A stretch of DNA of 64,000 nt from Octopus vulgaris (lineage: Eukaryota): contig OX597820.1 in assembly GCA_951406725.2 (NCBI GenBank), positions 88,474,001 through 88,538,000 of the forward strand, read 5' to 3'. Below, one piece after another: positions 55,012 through 64,000 of this stretch; positions within the stretch are counted from its first letter, which is position 1, and every line of letters starts with the position of its first letter. Both the position numbers and the translations under genes were made by a program. A model generated the notes under the pieces. The model had not been told where the DNA came from. It did not search any database and worked only from the letters and a program-made list of their open reading frames with translations.

Positions 55012-55851
55012 GCATACACATACGTATGACTGAATTGAAACAACAACAGCAACAACAACAACAACAACAACAGCAACAACAGCAACAACAACTGCAACAA
55101 GGACAACTCAAATATCAACTACGAAAACAAGAAAAACTGCTGAAAACAACGCTAAGAAAGTGTGTAGTAAGAATTGATTGCTCCTTAGGAGTTCACGTGA
55201 AGACTGCAAGGGATGTGATGTTTGATGGACGGCGATGGAGCGGTTTTGGGTGTTGTAGCGGGAAGAGAAGTGGTGGGGAGAGTGTGAGATTTGGAGCGGT
55301 AGATGGGGGTGTGGGGGTGCTGAGACACATGGTGAGACATAGTAAGATGCTGAGAGATAGATAGAGAGAGAGGTGGCAGAGAATAAGGGAAGGAGGGAGA
55401 CAAGCAAATATATACATATATATATGTATATATACATATATGTATATATACATATGTATATATACATATATGTACACACAAACACACATATATGCATAAT
55501 ATATATACACGAGGGAGAGAGAAAGAGAGAGAAATTGTAAGAGAAGGAGAGAGAGAGAGATTATAAGCGAAGGAGAGAGAGATTATAAGCGAAGGAGAGA
55601 GAGATTGTAAGAGAAGGGGAGAGAGAGAGAGTGAGAGAAAGGGAGAGAGATCGAGAGAGGATAGTGAGGAGTGTATTTTTTCTCTTCCTTTCTCTCTCCC
55701 TCTCTTGTTTCTGCAGGAAGATATGAAGAGAGGGTTGAAAAAACAAAATAAGCTCAAAAACGGGAATCGAGAGCGGGAGATACAGAGATGATCAGGGATT
55801 ATGAGAGATAGTGATGAAGAATAAGCGTTAGATAGATAGATAGATAGATAT

Positions 55852-55929
<78 letters not shown>

Positions 55930-55930
55930 T

Positions 55931-55977
<47 letters not shown>

Positions 55978-55990
55978 TGATTGATTGATT

Positions 55991-56024
<34 letters not shown>

Positions 56025-56025
56025 C

Positions 56026-56075
<50 letters not shown>

Positions 56076-56134
56076 AGAGATAAGTAAACAGATGGATAGA
56101 TAGTTAAACAGAGAGATAGGTAGATGGATGGATG

Positions 56135-56208
<74 letters not shown>

Positions 56209-56384
56209 TAAACAGATAGATAGATAGATACATACATACATACATACATACATACATACATACATGCATAATCGGAGAGATAGGAAGGTAGGTAGTTAAG
56301 TAGGTAGGTGGGTAGGTAGGTAGGTAGGTAGGTAGGTAGGTAGGTAGGTAGGTAGGTAGGTAGGTAGGTAGGTAGGTAGGTAGG

Positions 56385-56461
<77 letters not shown>

Positions 56462-57125
56462 TGATAGACGGATAGATAGACGGATAGAGAGAGAGAGAGA
56501 AAGAGAATGAGAATGAGTGATGGGTAGAGAAACTTGGAGAAGAGAGAGAGAGAGAGAGTATATAAGAAAGAATGAATCAAAGAGAAAGTGGCGGGCGGCG
56601 GTGGAATGATAGAGAATGGTAAGTGTGTAAGTCTGGAGATAAATATATACCAGCTGTACTGGAAACATCAACATGTGTGAGGAGGTCTTATTTTGGGGTA
56701 CACGCATTATTGTACTATAGACGGATATATACATGTGCACAGATATAACGCATACATTTTGTACAATAAGCGCTCATATGTACGTATGTATGTATATATG
56801 TATGTATATGGAAGAGTGGGGGGGGACATTTGTATGAGCATCTGGTATATTTGTATGTGCGAATATCACAGTTTAAATGCTGAATGTTGTATGTGTGTGT
56901 GTGTGGCGGGGATGGGCCTTCGTGTCTAACTGTATGAAACTATATCCGCACATTATATATATATATATATATGTACAGATAAACATACACTCACACAAAC
57001 ACGTATATATAAGCTTACATGCTTATACTGACAAGCAGTTGTTTATGTATGCGTATATGCGTGTGTATATATCCATGCATACATACATACATATATAAGT
57101 GAGTATGTATGTCTGTATGTATGCA

Positions 57126-57208
<83 letters not shown>

Positions 57209-57348
57209 AATTTATATGTGTTTATAATATATCTATATATATATATATATAGATAAAATATATGCATACATACATAGGCATATCCATATGCATGCATATA
57301 TATGTATATGAGTGTATGTGTGCGCGCGTGTATGTCTATATATGCATA

Positions 57349-57379
<31 letters not shown>

Positions 57380-57420
57380 TATATATATATTCATATAAAA
57401 ACATATATATATATACATGC
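53100..57420. repeat. Microsatellite and low-complexity region (GGT, GA, GAA, CAA, TA, TACA, GATA, TAGG)
   Basis: Directly visible. Confidence 0.95.
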
Positions 57421-57437
57421 ATTCATATATATGTATA

Positions 57438-57899
<462 letters not shown>

Positions 57900-57944
57900 A
57901 CATATATATATATATATATAAGCAACAAGGATATCCAGAAGTAA

Positions 57945-58030
57945 TGCAGTACGATCGTTTCATGCAACTCCATTTAGTTGAACAATGCAATCATTACATC
58001 AATTCAAATGCAGAGCAATCCTCAGCTGCA
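57945..58030 (-). ncRNA. HHR with canonical core and long stem II
   Basis: UGCAG-CUGAGGA-[57-nt irregular hairpin]-GAAAC-GAUC-GUA-CUGCA: 5-bp stem I and palindromic loop 3. Confidence 0.82.
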
Positions 58031-58408
58031 CAAAGACATAGAATTTAATTAAATTAAAACAGATGGACGCATGAGTATAATGAAACCTAAAATCTCCAAG
58101 AAGTTAAGGAGATAGACAAAGCACATGCTGTCTTCACTCCAGCACAGAAGCTACTATATACATATATATATATATACATGTATATGTATATATATATGTA
58201 TTATTTCCGTCAATGGAGGACGGCCAAGCCTAAGCGCACTCCTTCAGGGTTTTTTAGTCGATTATATGGACTTCATTACTTTCATCAGATTGCTTCTTTA
58301 TCGAAGGCTTTTGTCGAACCACAATTCTACAAGACAACTAAGACGACAATATAAACGGCACAGGTTCTTAGAATGGCTCAACAAAAAACACCAACGCCTC
58401 TGTGCATG

Positions 58409-58462
<54 letters not shown>

Positions 58463-58623
58463 TGTGTGTGTGGGGGGTGATAGGCTTTTAAATCCCACTC
58501 ATTAAGCTTTGCTCAACCCGAGTTTACAGTAAAGAACACATGGCCCAACATGCCACGCATTAGGATGGAACCAAGACTCATCTGGTTACAAAGCGATTTT
58601 AAGCACACAAGATCTCTCTCTAT

Positions 58624-58723
<100 letters not shown>

Positions 58724-58837
58724 GTAGATAAATTGCAATAAACTGAATGCGTGATTGTCTGTTTTTCTTAAGTAGTGGTTGTGTGTATTATTTCAGCATG
58801 TCAATTCTTCGAGGGTGTAACTATCTTGTAAGAGAGT

Positions 58838-58868
<31 letters not shown>

Positions 58869-58946
58869 TTGGACGGATGTGCTTGTATGTCTACTCGCTA
58901 ATTCTATGTATTTCTACTTTTGAACATATGTGTATGTGCGTGTTTG

Positions 58947-59034
<88 letters not shown>

Positions 59035-59805
59035 TGATGATTATATGTGTACAATGATACATACATATGCACACACGGATATATATATATATCTATAAAC
59101 ACTAACAGAGGAACAGAGGCATGCATATATACACTTACATAAATGTGTGTGTGTGTATTTCATGCGTTGTGCAAGGAAACAGAGAATAAATAAATAAATA
59201 AATAAATAAAAGCGAAAACAAGCGAAGAAGGAGAGGAAAGACGAAAGAAGACGGAAGAGAACGGAAGAGAACTGGAGGTGACGGGAGGTGACGGGAGGTG
59301 ACGAGAGAGGGAGAGAGAGAGAGGGGTGGAGTGAATGTTAGTTTAAGCAGGCTTACAGAGAGAGAGAGAGAGAGAGAGAGAGTGAGAGGAGGGAGGGGGG
59401 AGAGAGAAAGAATGGTGTAAGGTGGAGGGCAGTCGGAGTCGTTCAACGGTCGGGAACAGATGTTTCATCGAGTTGATATGGTGGTAGAGAGAGAGAGACA
59501 GAGAGAGACAGAGAGACAGAGAGAGAAAGAGAAGCCGCTTCGAAACACTGTTCTGTATTCTGTATTCAAGCCTCATGTGGTGGCGTCTACGTGTGAGCGG
59601 TGGTGGTGGCGGTGGTGATGGTGGTGGTGATGGTGGTGACGGTGGTGGTGGTGGTGGTGACGGCGGTGACGGTGGCGGTGGTGTTACGCAGTTGGTCGGG
59701 ATGTGGTGTAGTGTTCTGTGTGGTATGGCATGGTATGTGGTATGGTGTGGTGCGTGAAAGTGGTAGGGTGCTGGTGTGGAATTACGGTGTAAAGAGTGTG
59801 AGTGT

Positions 59806-59843
<38 letters not shown>

Positions 59844-61086
59844 TATGTGCGTAGATGTGGTTATTGTGTGATGTGCGTGCTAATGTGTGCTCATATGTAT
59901 ATATATATATATATATTTGTGTGTGTGTGTGTGTTGGTGTGTGGTATGCTTAATGTGGTTTGGTTTGTTGTATGGTATGTAGGTGTTATGGATAAGTGAT
60001 GTGATGTAAAGGGCGGATCGATTGGCAGAAGAAGGCGTTAGAGCGCCGGACAAAATCCTTTGCAGTTTTTGCTCCGGCTCTTTGCGTACTACGGGGTTCA
60101 AATCCTGCCGAAGTCAACTTTGATTTTCCGGAGTCTATAAATGAAGTACCAGTCGAGTTCTTGGGTCGATTCTTCTTTCCCCGCCCCTCATTTTCTTTTC
60201 TTCTTTCTTTCTTTCTTTCTTTCTTTCTCTCGGTCTCGGGATTATCTAAGCTGTATTATGAGAGGGTCATGGATGGCCCCCTCACAGTTTCCCTTCCCAA
60301 GAAGAAAGGGAGGGTTTGCGTTAGTAGTTAGTTATCTTGTTCTCATCAGGCACGTTGCGGATACTCACTCCATAAGATAAAAAGAAACAGTAAATGTGGT
60401 GGCCATGGGCAGATTGATTGTTGTTATTGTACTGATGTGACACAGTGTATTGAGACCGATTTGTGACTGCGTTGTGTGTTTGTGACATAGCTATGTTCTG
60501 TGATATCTCTTATGATAATATTTGATATTTGTAGTTGTGTTGTGTGGTACACATGCGATATATGTAGTCGTGTTGTGTGGCATAAATGTGATGTGAATTA
60601 ATTGTGTGGTGTATATCTCATGATACGGTTGTGTTGTATGGGATAAGTGGTGGGGTGGTGTGGTACGGTTTATTTGATGTGTGTGGTATTTATAATGAGG
60701 CTGTGTTGTTTAGTGTATATTTGATAATATGGTTGTGTTGTACAGTTTATTTGATGTGACTGTATTGTGGTATATGTGATGCGGTTGTGTTATGTGGTGG
60801 ATATCACATGGTGTAATAGTGTTGTGTGGTGTACGTCTAATGATGTAGATGTGTGTAAATATGTGTGTGTGTGTGTGTGTATGAAGAGGTTGTAATGTGT
60901 AGTGTGTATCCGACGATGCAGTTGTGTTGTGTGGTATGTGTTTGGTGTAGTTGCGCGGTGCATATGCTGTTGCGTTGTGGGATATGTGATATGCGATATG
61001 CATGTGTCCTGTGGTATATATATATATATGTAATGTGGTTTTGTTGTGTGGCGTATAAGTCACGCAGCTGAGCTGTATGGCGTGTG

Positions 61087-61125
<39 letters not shown>

Positions 61126-61514
61126 TATATATGGTGTTGTGTGATGTGTTTGTGTTATTTGTATAGTTGTATGTCTCTGTCTGTATACGTACGCGTGTGT
61201 ATACATGCGCATGTGCTTTGTGTGCCATATGAGATATAAATGAGATGTCGTGTGATACGTATGTGTTATGGCATAAATGTGTGTGTAGATGTTATTATGC
61301 TGAGGTTTATGTGTAGTATGATGTATTGCTGAAAATATATATGCGTATGTTTCTCTCCATGATGCGTGCTATAGAGCGTTCTGTAGTGTGCATGTATGGG
61401 ACAAAGCAATGAAGTGCGCGCGCGGTGCGTGTGTGCACGTGTGTGAGTATGTGTGTGTGCATGCGTATGTGTGTGTGTGTGTGTGTGTGCGTGTAGGGTA
61501 CTGCGTAGTAATGT

Positions 61515-61635
61515 AGTCTTGGGTTCAGTCCCATTGCGTGACACCTTGGGCAAAATTCTTCTACCATAGCCCTGGGCCGATCAATACCTTTGGAGTGGAT
61601 TTGGTAGACGGAAACTGAAAGCAGCCCGTCGTACG
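61515..61635 (+). mobile_element. SINE family A fragment
   Basis: GGTTCAGTCCC...CCTTGGGCAA...GGATTTGGTAGACGGAAACTGAAA. Confidence 0.75.
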
Positions 61636-61688
61636 TCGTATACCATCCTATCATCCACGCATACATATAACATGTTATATCTGTGTGT

Positions 61689-61720
<32 letters not shown>

Positions 61721-62826
61721 CTGTGTCTATACACACACATATATACATATATATATGTATTTCTGTCTATATACATATATATATATATACACCACACATG
61801 TTCATAAAAGATAAAAGATATATGTGTATATGTATGGGTATGCGTATGTATATATGTATAAGAATGGATGTATATATGTTTGTATGTGTGTGTGTGTGTG
61901 TGTGTTGTATGTATGTGTAAGTATATGTATATGAATGGATGTGTATGTATGAATGTTTATGTATACACATGTGTAAGTATATGCGTGTATGTGTTTGTGT
62001 GTGAGGCTGTGTGGGTGTGGATGTGAGGGTGTGTTTCTGCATATATACATTTGTTTGTGTGTTGTGTGGTAAGGAATTATTGTTGTTGGTCTTGTTGCAC
62101 TACATCCGGTCACTTTCCATTAAGTAGACAGATCTATGCTCAAATACATTCCAGCCGTGGCCACCTCGCTCTGTTTTTTAGCACTCAGAATATCTAAGAC
62201 CACATTTGCCAATGTGTCATATCTCTTTAAAGACAGTAAGGTATGATCTGAGGAGAAACTGGCTACTATTTCTAACATGTAGGGCGACCGCAAAATACTT
62301 CCTATGTCTTGCTGTTGTTGTTGTTGATGTGGTTGTTGATATTTTGCCCTGGGTCAAGCCTAATCAGATCAAACGAATCTATGATCAAGGGCGTTCCAGC
62401 CATGACCATTCCGTCTTTTTCGAAACTAATATATCTAGAACTGCATTATTATTTAATGTGTCTTGCCTTCATCAAGACGGTAGGGTGTGCTCTGAGAAAG
62501 ATTTGGTTGGTATTTCTAGCAGGTGAGTGACCATGTAAAGAGCATCCTCATACTGATATGTGTGTATATATTCGTGTATATGTATGTACCTGTGTGTGTG
62601 TATGTATGTGTGCATCTTTGCACGTGTTGTGAATATGTATGTGTAAGCATATATGTGTGAGTGTGTAAACTTGTATATGTATATATGTCTGAATATATGT
62701 GTGAATGTATGTACGGAGATGTGAGTGTATAGTGTCATGTGATGTCTCAGTACGTGAGCTTTTGTTTATGAATGGAAAACTGTGTTCACGATGTCATATA
62801 CGTATGTGTGTGTGTATATATATATG

Positions 62827-62879
<53 letters not shown>

Positions 62880-63254
62880 GTAGATAGGTAGATATATATA
62901 TATATATATATATATATAGATAGATAGATAGATAGATGGATGTGTGTGTGTGCGTGTGAGTGTGAGTGTGTGTGTCTGCGAGTGCATGTATTATATGAAG
63001 GTATGTGTATATGTGTAGCGTTTGTGTGTATGTCTCTAAGTTCGAGTATAGATTTAGTTTGTCATGTGGTGGGGTGGTAGTAGTAGTGGTGGTGCTGGTG
63101 GTGGTGGTGCTGGTGGTGGTGGTGCTGGTGGTGGTGGTGCTGGTGGTGCTGGTGTAATAGTGAATGATAAGGTGGGAGGTGGTCATGGTGGTGATATCAC
63201 ATGGGGTGGGGAGCAGAAAGACAGGGGCGGGCGGAGAGAAGGAACCGAGTAGGT

Positions 63255-63298
<44 letters not shown>

Positions 63299-63375
63299 AC
63301 CATAATCTAGAGGCTACTACTACTACTACTACCACCACCACCACCACCACCACCACCACCACCACCACCACCACC

Positions 63376-63408
<33 letters not shown>

Positions 63409-63729
63409 CCCACCACCACCTTTACTACTACTACTACTACTGCTACTGCCACTGCTGCTGCTGCTGCTGCTTTCGGCTTGTGCTGCTGATGTCGCTGCTG
63501 TTATTGCTGTTGGTGTGACTATCTTGCTACGGTATGCTTGCTGGTTGGCTGGTTGGCCGGTTGGTCTGCCGGCTGCTTAGTTGGCTGGTTGTTTGGCTAA
63601 TTCTCGCCCCTGTTGTTGCTTCTGTCTTGGCAATGTGGTTTTCTTCCATTGGAACTTGATAGTGAGCAGCAGGAGATTGTTATCCTGAGAGGTGGTGGTC
63701 TCAACCGGACTGGATCCCACGGCGTGCAT

Positions 63730-63811
<82 letters not shown>

Positions 63812-64000
63812 ATCTTTCTCTCGTTCTGTCTTCTCTCTCTATTCTCTGTCTCTTACGCACGCACACATTCACATACAATCACACAGATAAACAGACAAAA
63901 AACACATACTTATGCTCACATACAATCACTCACGCATTCAAATATATATATATGCTCAAACACACACACACACATAAAGACAATCACGTATACAAACGTA

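Noticed and set aside
55026-55364. PolyQ-containing ORF MTELKQQQ...
   Set aside because: It is built on a (CAA/CAG)n microsatellite, with no domain or splice support.
63480-63730. GC-richer unique segment, possibly a 5' UTR or exon on the minus strand
   Set aside because: All frames close quickly, and no clear splice or promoter signal supports a call.

Overview
AT-rich, microsatellite-saturated animal genomic DNA. The SINE repertoire and repeat style suggest a coleoid cephalopod such as Octopus (inference). I find no convincing intact host protein-coding gene; nearly all ORFs in the track are translations of simple repeats. The window is a patchwork of decayed mobile DNA: about five tRNA-derived SINE families, Tx1/L1-clade and R4/Dong-type (REL endonuclease) LINE fragments, three Tc1/mariner relics, Helitrons, TIR elements and Penelope-like element (PLE) remnants. 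The most notable hidden signal, found by reading both strands, is about 18 hammerhead ribozyme (HHR) or HHR-derived motifs from many different sequence families. They usually sit in short non-coding cassettes with inverted or direct terminal duplications next to (TA)n tracts. Four have fully canonical cores (3385-3432, 43284-43342, 51591-51688, 57945-58030). Several have unusually long stem II insertions, and one amplified family shares a non-canonical CUGUUGA core. Also present: a ~0.9 kb inverted duplication, head-less SINE multimers with a recurrent junction, a SINE split twice by insertions, and LINEs that appear to target microsatellites. Coordinates were read by eye, so element boundaries are approximate.
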